Of a stretch of DNA of 64,000 nt, positions 19,941 to 28,351 are shown piece after piece. How positions within the stretch are numbered: the first letter of the stretch is position 1; each line of letters begins with the position of its first letter. This DNA comes from an uncultured Chlamydiae bacterium (lineage in GTDB: Bacteria; Chlamydiota; Chlamydiia; Chlamydiales; JAJFMA01), in assembly GCA_963713615.1 (NCBI GenBank), contig CAVQMM010000001.1:698708-762707 (forward strand), written 5' to 3'. A program made the translations under genes and the position numbers. The notes under the pieces are model-generated. The model was not told the DNA's origin, did no database searches, and worked only from the letters and a program-made list of their open reading frames with translations.

Positions 19941-21266
19941 TTATATATCTTCGATGCAGAGATCGTGTAGCCGCTGAAGACAGCGCGTTGTATCGCTGTC
20001 TTTTATAATCAGACTAGTAGTGACCTTTGAGGCCCCATGCGAAATCATGTGCACCTCAACCTGTTGATCACATAGGACGTCGAGAGCCGTACGGAGGAGT
20101 TGCGACGACCGACGCGTATCCCCAATGAGGTTAAGAATCGTCATATTGGGTTGGACGCTTACATCCGCGTAGGGCTTCAAAGCGAGACGTAGTTTCTCCA
20201 GCTGAGGAGAGGGACTCACTGTTAGAGAAACGCTCACCTCACTAGTTGCTATGACATCGACAGAAAGTTGTAGTTCTCCGAAAACCTGGAACACCTTACC
20301 TAAAAAACCAGCCTGTCCTAGCATTCGAGTAGACACAATGTCTACCAGAGCTTGACTAGACTTGGCGGTAATCGCAGTAATCAGCCGATGAGAGGCTGTA
20401 TGATTTGCACCAATCCGAGTGCCTGGTTTGGAAGGATCGAAGGCGTTGCGAATGCTTACTACAGTGTTGGCTTGCATAGCCGGTAGAATCGACGTGGGGT
20501 GTAACACCTTGGCGCCAAAGAAAGCGAGCTCTGCAGCTTCCTCAAAGGAGAGATATTCGATTGGACGAACTCCCTCAACCCTTCGCGGATCGCCCGTGAG
20601 AATTCCGTCAACATCCTTCCAAAGCAGGATCGCGGATACATCTAGGGCGGCGCCGACAACAGATGCTGTAAGATCACTGCCACCGCGTCCTAGGGTAGTA
20701 ATGTTTCCCTGATGATCTTTGCCAATAAATCCTGGAATGATAGGGATGACACCTTGTTCTATTAGAGGATGCAACGTCTCGCGTAACTGAGCATAGCTTT
20801 CTGGCAAAACTTCAGCACTGCCATGCTGGCTGGTGGTGAGGATGCCGGCATTCCAAGCCTCTATTGCCTTTGCAGTCAAGCCTTCCTGATTCAGGTAAGC
20901 AGCGGTGATTTCAATGGAAAGGCGCTCACCAATAGAGATCACAGCGTCACGAGTGCGTGGTGTCAGCTCTTGTAGCAGCGCAATACCGCGAAGCAGCAGC
21001 TCCAGTTCCATTAGCAGTGGATTGACGACTGCTTCACTGAGGCTCAGTTCCCTGCATGTTTGACAATGCAAGTTAACCACTTCGGACAGATGGGTCTTTC
21101 CACCTGTTTTGGACTGCGCAGCTTGCAATAGTAAGTCTGTGGTATTGCCTAGGGCTGACAACACAACAATAGGCTGTTGTGAACTATGCTCACCAATGAG
21201 CCATCCTGCATTGCGAATGCACTCTGCATTTGCGAGGGATTTTCCCCCAAATTTCATGACAATCAT
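19941..21266 (-). CDS. lysC: Aspartate kinase
   Basis: MKFGGKSLAN kinase N-terminus, TTLGRGGSDLTA motif, and a C-terminal ACT-like tandem region. Confidence 0.9.
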   Translation of the reverse strand: MIVMKFGGKSLANAECIRNAGWLIGEHSSQQPIVVLSALGNTTDLLLQAAQSKTGGKTHLSEVVNLHCQTCRELSLSEAVVNPLLMELELLLRGIALLQELTPRTRDAVISIGERLSIEITAAYLNQEGLTAKAIEAWNAGILTTSQHGSAEVLPESYAQLRETLHPLIEQGVIPIIPGFIGKDHQGNITTLGRGGSDLTASVVGAALDVSAILLWKDVDGILTGDPRRVEGVRPIEYLSFEEAAELAFFGAKVLHPTSILPAMQANTVVSIRNAFDPSKPGTRIGANHTASHRLITAITAKSSQALVDIVSTRMLGQAGFLGKVFQVFGELQLSVDVIATSEVSVSLTVSPSPQLEKLRLALKPYADVSVQPNMTILNLIGDTRRSSQLLRTALDVLCDQQVEVHMISHGASKVTTSLIIKDSDTTRCLQRLHDLCIEDI

Positions 21267-21684
21267 GATCGATACTCCTGGCCAAAAATAAAATAAAATA
21301 GAACGTATAGCGTTTACAGCTAGGAGATCGGGCGGGAAATGCGCAAAAACAAGCGCAACCGGATTACCTAGTTAAGGGACGCTGAAAGCTGTAAAGGAAA
21401 TTTACTTACGTTTGGACGTGTCTTTGCGTTTCAAAGAAGAGCAAAGCGTGGAGGAGAAAGAAGGGTGGAGGGAAATAACTGCTGCGGCTAAATAACTATG
21501 CCGAGCTTCCTCTAATAGTGGTAATAAATCCATGATACTGACCTATATGGTATTGGCCGCTAACAACGGCGTTGCATGTAATTATATAGCTTTAGGAATT
21601 ATTGTCAAGGCCATCCTGTTTTTCCTCAGGGCAATCGCATTCCATTAAATAGTATGTTAAAATCTAAAAAATGTTTTAGATACG

Positions 21685-21880
21685 TCTAAAATGGTTCTTG
21701 GGAAGAATTGGGGCGCTTTGGAATCACAATCGTCAATCGGCGGTGAAAATTCCTAATTCTTTTTTAGCGTTACTTTCGGATATTGGCGACGCAGTCGGTT
21801 GGGGCTCCAAAGCGCTTCGCGCCGATTGACGATTGTGATTCCAAAGCGCCCCAATTCTTCCCAAGAGCCTCTAAAATGGA
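21685..21880. repeat. Family-2 related palindromic element
   Basis: tctaaaatggttcttgggaagaattggggcgctttggaatcacaatcgtcaatcggcg pairs with cgccgattgacgattgtgattccaaagcgccccaattcttcccaagagcctctaaaatgga. The inner segment gttactttcggatattggcg.cgcagtcggttggggctccaaagcg is shared with 26984-27030. Confidence 0.8.
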
Positions 21881-21966
21881 CTTTAATACGATAGGCAGGA
21901 TCGCTTCGCGGCATGATATTTAGGATACTCCATAGAATCCTCCAAACAGAATTGGTTCTCTTTTCC

Positions 21967-22126
21967 GGCCTTATTCACCTTTGCGGTCAGTTTTCGGTGG
22001 ACTGCAAAAGGATCGTCTGTCGCGTTTTGCTCCTCGGACATAGCTGGCGCTATGCCCTCGTCACAAACCACGACATCCGACCTTTTTCGTCCGACCGAAA
22101 TTCTGACCGTAAAGGTGAACAAGGCC
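21967..22126 (-). mobile_element. MITE (160 bp, ~35-bp terminal inverted repeats), copy 1, flanked by 8-bp direct duplication TCTTTTCC
   Basis: TCTTTTCC lies at 21959-21966 and 22127-22134. The interior is identical (as reverse complement) to copy 2 at 51493-51653 except in one terminal ~35 nt. Confidence 0.85.
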
Positions 22127-22301
22127 TCTTTTCCTTTATCATGCATATCAGGCGTATCCCATTTATGTTTTTTGACTCACGCCAGCCTGTGTAGTCAAGT
22201 CCTACAAAACCGGATGAGCCTGAAAACTAAAACAGATTCAACACAAAAATAAATCATTAATTAAAATAAACAATTCAATCTACGTTATTAATTACAATGT
22301 T

Positions 22302-22310
22302 TGGTATAAT
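22302..22310 (+). promoter_or_regulatory. Putative extended -10 promoter element TGGTATAAT upstream of the RasGEF gene
   Basis: TGnTATAAT consensus in an AT-rich leader. A second TAGTATAAT lies at 22314-22322. GTGAGG SD-like sequence sits 5 nt before GTG 22347. Confidence 0.35.
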
Positions 22311-22346
22311 AACTAGTATAATTGCAGTATTTTTTGTGAGGCTGCT

Positions 22347-24722
22347 GTGGAAGCTCAAAGTTTTAACCCGAATCTATCTTCATTGAGGCGATCAACCGAT
22401 GTGCCTCAGCCGTCCATAGAAAAAAAACAAGTAGAGCAGAGCGAAAACGTAAAAAAGACCTCAAGCCTGAGCCGATCGGGAATAGGAAGCTTGGGCAAGG
22501 CATTCTCAGATAATGTAGGCAAGAGGATGGCTAGTTTCCCCTCGATGCGGTTGCCGAGCAAACTCTTTTCTTCAAATAATGTTCAGACACCCAGACCAGC
22601 GGCTCCCCCGCGTCCCGCAAGTCTTCCCTCGCGTCCTGCAAGTGCGGAACTTGGACCAGCACGTACCCCGCCCCCCAGACCAGCACTTACCGCGCCATCC
22701 AGACCAGCACCTAACCCGCGTCCCGCAAGTCTTCCCTCGCGTCCTGCAAGTGCGGAACTTGGACCAGCACGTACCCCGCCCCCCAGACCAGCACTTACCG
22801 CGCCATCCAGACCAGCGGTCCCCCCTCGTTCCGCAAGTGCGGAACAAAAGCCAGCAGTTCCAGCCAGGCCCAATAAATTGCAAATGGCATTTTCAAAGAA
22901 TCCTGTGCGAAGTCAAGAACGCTACAAGACGATTGAACAATTAGGGAAAATCAAAAATGTATTGAGTGAATGTGTAGAGAAAAACAAAAAGCCCTATGTC
23001 GGTAGCGATGGTAAGTTATCCGCCCGTTCTGCAGGATCTGGTTTGATCGGGCAGCGTGGCCGTTCCGAAACAACCCAAGCTGGAATGGATCACATTCTAT
23101 CGGTCATAGACAAAGCCTCGCAAGCAGGTATGTCAGATGTTAAAGGCGGAGGAAAGACGTTGGACCTGCTTGCCAGTTTACGAACCTTACCGCAGGTTGC
23201 GGCTCGCATATCAGTTGATCGCGAATTTGCTGCGCGGTTTCAAGCTGTTACGACAAACGCCACAATGGCGACAGCTAATGAGGCAGCTGGTGCGGCAGCG
23301 TTAGCAAAACCCAGGAGCACCTCGCAGGTGATAAGTGATGTGTTGCAGGAGGGGGATACAGCTACCGCTGATCTGCTCATCACCTCGCATCGCAATAATG
23401 ATGAAACGCTCGATCTATTTGGAAAGGTATTGGCTCATATTGACAGCATGCCGGAGGGGCCAGCAAAGACCGTAGCCTTAGAAAGTGCGATTGCACTTGC
23501 AGAACGCTACCTTGCTGACGGGAGTAGTGTCCCATTGCAGGGAAGCGAACGAGAAAAGCTTGGAGCACAGCTAAAAAAACTATCTGACAAGGCGGCAGCT
23601 AGCGATGATCCCTATCTACAGGCTGGGGCGCAACGACTTAACCAAGCCGCTAGCGTTGCGCTTACACCTCCTTCACCAGCCCCACAGCCTGGTCAAATGC
23701 TGGATGCTGTGAATAACCTGAAAAAAGCTCCCACCGCAGAAAACGCTCGTAAAGCCTTGGCAATGCTAAACCATCCGGCTGCACAGGCCGCTACACAGGC
23801 CCTCGTCAAAGAGCTTGAGAGTCTTGAGGCTAGCCTTAAGCAACCTCATACGAAAGAAGAAAAAGCAGAGATTGGCGCTCAAATTAAAAGTCTTGAAGCA
23901 GATAATCCTGCTTTACAGCTGCGTGCGGAGTTATCAAATTATGCTAATAGAAACCCGCCACCAATGGATTTCAACAAAATGAGTTCCAGTGAGATCTCGA
24001 AGGCTATTTGCAATTCGATGGCTAGCAGCTTCAGTCGTATTAAACCGGCTGAAGCAGATAGGCTGGGTTGGTCCAAGGAAGCGAAAATGGAGACCTCGCC
24101 AAATCTTATAGCGCACATAAAACTGTTCAATGATGTTTCGACATATGCGGCACATCAGATTCTGCATGCCCCCCCAGGTAAGGAACATGAGGTCGCTACA
24201 AAGATAATCAACGCAGCACATGAAGCGATGCAATCCGGTAACTATGATGCTTCTATGGCCCTTTTATCAGCTTTAAATTCAACCCCTATTTTTCGAATGA
24301 AAAACAAGGTAACTGAGAAGCTTTCTCCAGAAACGAAGGCAAAATTGGAAGAAATAAAGGGGATTACTAATAATACCAAAAGCTATTCCCTGTTGCGGGA
24401 GACAATGGGAAAACACAAGGGACCCGTTACTCCCTATGTCGGTATGTACCTCACCGACCTCACCTTTATGATGGATGGTAACCCCAATACAAAGAAAGGA
24501 GCTCTACAGGATGGAGGGGATGCCGTTTTCCTGAACAAGAATCAAATGGCTGGCGGTGTAAAGAACAAAATCATGGACTTTCAGGGTAGCCAGGCCGACC
24601 AAACGTATGAGACTAATTCCGATTTTGAATTAGCAATAGGTTTGGTTTCGCTACGTAATGACGCAGATGCAGATTCATTATATAATCGATCGATGCAAGT
24701 AGAACCCCGACCATCATCGTGA
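22347..24722 (+). CDS. Eukaryote-like RasGEF (Cdc25-homology) domain protein with N-terminal Pro-rich tandem repeats; putative secreted effector
   Basis: The C-terminal ~230 aa carry RasGEF hallmarks: FSRIKPAEADRLGWSK, PNLIAHIKLFNDVSTYAAHQIL, NYDASMALLSALNSTPIFRMKN, and PVTPYVGMYLTDLTFMMDGNPN (consensus P.IP..G.YLTDL.F..EGNP). GTG start. Confidence 0.8.
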   Translation: MEAQSFNPNLSSLRRSTDVPQPSIEKKQVEQSENVKKTSSLSRSGIGSLGKAFSDNVGKRMASFPSMRLPSKLFSSNNVQTPRPAAPPRPASLPSRPASAELGPARTPPPRPALTAPSRPAPNPRPASLPSRPASAELGPARTPPPRPALTAPSRPAVPPRSASAEQKPAVPARPNKLQMAFSKNPVRSQERYKTIEQLGKIKNVLSECVEKNKKPYVGSDGKLSARSAGSGLIGQRGRSETTQAGMDHILSVIDKASQAGMSDVKGGGKTLDLLASLRTLPQVAARISVDREFAARFQAVTTNATMATANEAAGAAALAKPRSTSQVISDVLQEGDTATADLLITSHRNNDETLDLFGKVLAHIDSMPEGPAKTVALESAIALAERYLADGSSVPLQGSEREKLGAQLKKLSDKAAASDDPYLQAGAQRLNQAASVALTPPSPAPQPGQMLDAVNNLKKAPTAENARKALAMLNHPAAQAATQALVKELESLEASLKQPHTKEEKAEIGAQIKSLEADNPALQLRAELSNYANRNPPPMDFNKMSSSEISKAICNSMASSFSRIKPAEADRLGWSKEAKMETSPNLIAHIKLFNDVSTYAAHQILHAPPGKEHEVATKIINAAHEAMQSGNYDASMALLSALNSTPIFRMKNKVTEKLSPETKAKLEEIKGITNNTKSYSLLRETMGKHKGPVTPYVGMYLTDLTFMMDGNPNTKKGALQDGGDAVFLNKNQMAGGVKNKIMDFQGSQADQTYETNSDFELAIGLVSLRNDADADSLYNRSMQVEPRPSS
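22591..22850 (+). repeat. 108-bp (36-codon) tandem repeat, 2 full copies plus partial flanks, encoding RPASLPSRPASAELGPARTPPPRPALTAPSRPA
   Basis: cgtcccgcaagtcttccctcgcg... starts at 22611 and again at 22719, and the copies look identical over about 100 nt. Confidence 0.9.
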
Positions 24723-24894
24723 GCTCTTTCTTTCTCTGAGTCCATAATGAGGTAACTGCAAAATTATTTGAGCCCTTGAGGATTTTTCCTAATAGCATTC
24801 CTTGAATTTGAGTTTTGTTTAATCAAGAGACACCTCTTATTTTTTTAAAAAAAGTAAAAGTTTTAACAGCATGTATTAATATTTATTAAACTAA

Positions 24895-24903
24895 TGTTAT
24901 AAT
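24895..24903 (+). promoter_or_regulatory. Putative extended -10 element TGTTATAAT upstream of coiled-coil paralogue A
   Basis: TGnTATAAT match 36 nt upstream of ATG 24939 in a very AT-rich leader. Confidence 0.35.
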
Positions 24904-24938
24904 TAAATATATTATTATTTAGTTATAAGGTGATTTGT

Positions 24939-26075
24939 ATGGGCATGGACTATAGCACTTCACATCACACTTCACATCTTCCGCAGGGTGAGTATAGTAG
25001 CGCCCATAAACAAGACCTTCCTGAAGTTAAAAAACTTAGAAGCGAAGCTGAAAGCAATTTAAAAATAAAACACGCTTCATTAGAAAAAAATAATCAAAAG
25101 ATGGATTATTATAGCAATAGATTGAGTGAAGTGAATGAAACAATAACAATAGTCTCACGATCTTTAAATGATAAGCAAGCTGAAATTGATAGAACACAAA
25201 AAACTTTAAAAGGTCTCAAGTTCACTGCTTTTGGCAGTAAGTTAATAGCTAAGCATAAGATAAAAAAATATACAGCTGAATCTAATAAAATTAAAGACAG
25301 TCTAAGATCTCTTGGTGTTTCTAGAGGTCAATTAAATTCAAAGTTATCGTCTGTAACAAATAAGAGTTCTATTGCAGAGTCTGAGATAGAATTGATAGAT
25401 AAACATATAAGCGACATTGATGAACTTGGAAAGTCAATTTCAAATGAATTAGATTCAGAGAAGAATGAATTAGATGACCTTGGTGGTAGGGTAGATAAAT
25501 CCGACTCGGAATCAGCAAAACGACTTTACAGCGATTATAAGGAAACGTATTCGAATTATAGTGACACTAAACTAGAGATTGTAGAAAACAAGATTAAAAC
25601 GTCTTCAAAAGAAATAGAAATACTTGGCAATGCTATTAGCATGGAAAAAACGCGTGGTGAAATAGATGTATTAAAAGGAGGGATTTCCAATTGTGAAATT
25701 AACATAGCAATAAATATAGAATTCATGAAGTCAAAAAAGAAAAGCGACCCTGCTTATGCCGCTGCCAAAAAAAAGATAGAAAGCTTCGAATCGCGGCAAG
25801 CAATTCTAAAAGAGGGATTAAAGACTAAAGAACAGCAATTAAGTGAGCTAAAATTAAATAACAATAAATTAACTGGCGAGCTTGACCAGCTAATGGGCAA
25901 GGCTGGTGATCTTAAAACAAAATTTGATGACTATAAATCAAAATTACCTGCAATTAAATTGCAAATAGAAGAAGATATAAAAAAAAATAGTGTCGATTCA
26001 CAAAAGACTCCGGAGAAAACAGCTGCAGCTGTTTCTGGTTTCATGCAATCCATCTTTAGTTTTTTTTCGAAATAA
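24939..26075 (+). CDS. AT-rich coiled-coil protein, paralogue A (short hydrophobic C-terminal tail)
   Basis: Heptad-rich, Lys/Glu/Asn/Ser-rich sequence, collinear with the 27220..28338 product (for example KFTAFGSKLIAKHKIKKYTAES vs KFTDFGQKNASKEKIKKFAGES, KKSDPAYAAAKKKIESFESR vs KKSDPAFAITQQKIDHFEDR). ATG 24939 is preceded by AAGGTGA. C-terminus AAAVSGFMQSIFSFFSK. Confidence 0.7.
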   Translation: MGMDYSTSHHTSHLPQGEYSSAHKQDLPEVKKLRSEAESNLKIKHASLEKNNQKMDYYSNRLSEVNETITIVSRSLNDKQAEIDRTQKTLKGLKFTAFGSKLIAKHKIKKYTAESNKIKDSLRSLGVSRGQLNSKLSSVTNKSSIAESEIELIDKHISDIDELGKSISNELDSEKNELDDLGGRVDKSDSESAKRLYSDYKETYSNYSDTKLEIVENKIKTSSKEIEILGNAISMEKTRGEIDVLKGGISNCEINIAINIEFMKSKKKSDPAYAAAKKKIESFESRQAILKEGLKTKEQQLSELKLNNNKLTGELDQLMGKAGDLKTKFDDYKSKLPAIKLQIEEDIKKNSVDSQKTPEKTAAAVSGFMQSIFSFFSK

Positions 26076-26110
26076 AACTATTTAGAGTTTCCAGGCGGAT
26101 ATACCAGGCA

Positions 26111-26119
26111 TGGTATAAT
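26111..26119 (+). promoter_or_regulatory. Putative extended -10 element TGGTATAAT upstream of msrA
   Basis: Exact TGGTATAAT, the same 9-mer as at 22302 and 27178, 137 nt upstream of the msrA ATG. Confidence 0.3.
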
Positions 26120-26255
26120 TCCTCTTGCACCCAACAAGCCTTTTGTTATAGTGGGCTTTAGGGACAAAGAAACGGGGGTGAGCTATGCCATCAGCAACAC
26201 ATGAGAAACTTGCGTCTAGTCAAGTGCTTCGAAGCCATCTGAGTGAGCAATAGCA

Positions 26256-26711
26256 ATGACGAAGGCAACATTCGGAGCTGGTTGTTTTTGGCATGTCCAA
26301 GACGTCCTTGCTGAGGTCAAAGGTGTGAGGAAAACCACTGCTGGCTACGAGGGTGGTGATGTCATCAACCCAACTTATAAGGATGTCTGTTCAGGACGTA
26401 CAGGTCACATAGAGGTGGTCGAACTGGAATTCGACCCCTCTGTTATTAGCTATGATGAGCTCTTGGAGGTCTTCTGGTCTATTCATGATCCGACCACACC
26501 AGATCGTCAGGGCCCAGACATTGGACACCAGTATCGCAGCGCGATTTTTTGTCATGACACGTCTCAAGAGGCAGCTGCGCGAGCCATGATGGAGAAGCTG
26601 CAGGAATCAGGTCAATTTCGCGATTTAATTATCACACAGATACGCCCCGCGATGCCTTTTTATCAGGCGGAAGAGTACCACCAGTGCTACCTCAAAAAGA
26701 AGCAAGGATAG
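26256..26711 (+). CDS. msrA: Peptide-methionine (S)-S-oxide reductase
   Basis: Active-site GCFWHVQD (GCFW motif), GYEGG, HDPTT and QYRSAIF, the classic MsrA signature blocks. Confidence 0.9.
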   Translation: MTKATFGAGCFWHVQDVLAEVKGVRKTTAGYEGGDVINPTYKDVCSGRTGHIEVVELEFDPSVISYDELLEVFWSIHDPTTPDRQGPDIGHQYRSAIFCHDTSQEAAARAMMEKLQESGQFRDLIITQIRPAMPFYQAEEYHQCYLKKKQG

Positions 26712-26840
26712 AATCCGAGTTCGAGCCCGAGCTCGTGCCCGATGCACTTCTCCCAATTCCGCTCCCTCCTTCCTTCCTTTGTTACGAATTTGTACCCCCA
26801 CTAACGCCTTGTTACTTGCGATCGCTTTTCGTTCCTTGCG

Positions 26841-26913
26841 ACCGCACTTCTAAGTAACTCAAAAGGTTGGCTGGCGCAATTTCCTATGTGGCGCAGATCA
26901 TTCCATGACTGCG
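26841..26913. repeat. Family-4 repeat (partial copy)
   Basis: accgcacttctaagtaactcaaaaggttggctggcgcaatttcctatgtg matches 48207-48258 with 2-3 differences. Confidence 0.75.
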
Positions 26914-26983
26914 AGAACGGGTGAAACAGATTCCGTTTGCATCACATGGGACGTTGTTTTGCACGTCTCCACAATTGGGCCTT

Positions 26984-27052
26984 GTTACTTTCGGATATTG
27001 GCGGCGCAGTCGGTTGGGGCTCCAAAGCGATGCGCGCCGAGATACGATTGTG
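26984..27052. repeat. Family-2 repeat (partial copy)
   Basis: gttactttcggatattggcggcgcagtcggttggggctccaaagcgatgcgcgccgagatacgattgtg shares its first half with 21770-21815 and its last half with 15241-15273 and 15309-15341. Confidence 0.8.
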
Positions 27053-27177
27053 AATCAAGAAATATATCATATTTACTCCATACAAAACTTCACTAAGACA
27101 TAAATCCAATCTCTCGCATTTTAATTGCTAATTCTCTAGGTAATGTTAAAGACACTGAAAGAATATTTATTATTAAT

Positions 27178-27186
27178 GGTATAATA
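27178..27186 (+). promoter_or_regulatory. Putative extended -10 element TGGTATAAT upstream of coiled-coil paralogue B
   Basis: Exact TGGTATAAT 34 nt upstream of ATG 27220. GAGAGG SD-like sequence at 27209-27214. Confidence 0.35.
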
Positions 27187-27219
27187 ATGTTATTGGTATT
27201 TATTTACTGAGAGGCTTCT

Positions 27220-28338
27220 ATGGGATTAGAGTCCAGTACTCCATATGCCCCCAAGAGTATTAGTTCAGGTCAAAGCGAGCCGTTGGGGATCAAAAATTTT
27301 AGAGATGAAGCTGAAAAAAAGATTAACGTGAAAACTGCGTCAGTAGAGAATAATAAACAACACATTGAGACCTTACAGAATAAGCATGATCGGATAGATG
27401 TCGACATAAGTATGATATCTAGACAGTTGGCTTCAACAGAGTCATTACTGGTTAATAATCAAAAAAAACTTGCTAGTTGTAAATTTACTGACTTTGGCCA
27501 GAAGAATGCTAGTAAAGAGAAGATTAAAAAATTTGCGGGTGAGTCCGTTAATTTAAGAAGGATTATAAAAGAAAATGGTGATGTTAAAAGAAAGATAGCT
27601 TCAAAGATGTCATTATTAAGTGCTAATAGTTCGGTAGAAACTGCAGAAATAGAGTTGCTAAAGAATCAGATAAAAGATATCGACGGTATGTCAAAGTCAA
27701 TTACAAGTGAAGCGGAATCCGAAGCTAAGGTATTGGACAGTCTTTTTGATAAGGCTGACAAATCAGATTCCACATCGGCAAAAATCTCTTATAATGAATG
27801 CTTGGATATACATTCCAAGATCGAAGATGCTAACGTGAAACTGTTAGAAAGTAAAATAGCAACATCTTCGAAGCAGATAGATTTAACTGTTGCTGACATG
27901 AAGATTGATAATGTTAGTTCGGAAATAGAGGCATTAAATGGAGCAATATCACACAGTACTGTTAATATGTTGCAAAATAAAGCTTTTTTGACAACGCTGA
28001 AGAAAAGTGACCCGGCTTTTGCTATTACTCAACAAAAGATAGATCACTTCGAAGATAGATTATCTAGCTTGTCGAACGAATTAACTGTAAAAATAGAAGT
28101 GTTAAGTAGGCTAAATGAAAATAGATCTAATCTAAATATAGAGATGAAACAGCTAGCTAATGAAGAATCAGAAATTACGGCGCATATAGATGATTGTAAG
28201 TCAAAGTTATCCATCAAGAAATTGGAGCTAGACGAGGCTGTAAAAGCTGCTGATCTCGCGAAGTTAGAAAAGAACTCGGAAAATACAGCTTCATCTGTTT
28301 CTAGTGTCATCAAATCGATATTTGGAATATTTTCTTGA
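27220..28338 (+). CDS. AT-rich coiled-coil protein, paralogue B (short hydrophobic C-terminal tail)
   Basis: Collinear similarity to 24939..26075 along the whole length. Same MG(L/M) start and the same hydrophobic C-terminus style (ASSVSSVIKSIFGIFS). Confidence 0.7.
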   Translation: MGLESSTPYAPKSISSGQSEPLGIKNFRDEAEKKINVKTASVENNKQHIETLQNKHDRIDVDISMISRQLASTESLLVNNQKKLASCKFTDFGQKNASKEKIKKFAGESVNLRRIIKENGDVKRKIASKMSLLSANSSVETAEIELLKNQIKDIDGMSKSITSEAESEAKVLDSLFDKADKSDSTSAKISYNECLDIHSKIEDANVKLLESKIATSSKQIDLTVADMKIDNVSSEIEALNGAISHSTVNMLQNKAFLTTLKKSDPAFAITQQKIDHFEDRLSSLSNELTVKIEVLSRLNENRSNLNIEMKQLANEESEITAHIDDCKSKLSIKKLELDEAVKAADLAKLEKNSENTASSVSSVIKSIFGIFS

Positions 28339-28351
28339 TGATGAAGAAATA

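Noticed and set aside
21267-21560. Possible lysine riboswitch (L-box) or leader peptide upstream of lysC
   Set aside because: I reverse-complemented the leader and looked for L-box hallmarks (an AGAGGxGC 5' strand and the conserved multi-helix junction). I found only a weak TTAGAGGAAGC and a small 43-codon ORF (MDLLPLLEEARHSY...) with no Lys-rich attenuator logic. The evidence is not convincing, and a covariance-model scan (Rfam Lysine) would be needed.
21883-22194. ORFs overlapping MITE copy 1 (21883..22146 -, 21913..22194 +) and their look-alikes at 51422..51676
   Set aside because: The shared peptides (FTFTVRISVGRKRSDVVVCDEG..., CKRIVCRVLLLGHSWRYALV...) come from the same 160-bp element read on both strands. 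Both strands are open, and the element has TIRs and TSDs, so it is non-coding mobile DNA.
22572-22944. Three alternative-frame or antisense ORFs (96-121 aa) across the Pro-rich repeat
   Set aside because: They are confined to the GC-rich 108-bp tandem repeat inside the RasGEF gene, and their sequences are low-complexity repeats (CWSGWRGKCWSGGRG...). These are typical shadow ORFs.
26185-26253. 22-codon upstream ORF (MPSATHEKLASSQVLRSHLSEQ) with a GGGGG SD-like run, ending 2 nt before the msrA start
   Set aside because: It could be a coupling uORF, but it is short, has no recognisable motif, and cannot be distinguished from chance without conservation or ribosome-profiling data.
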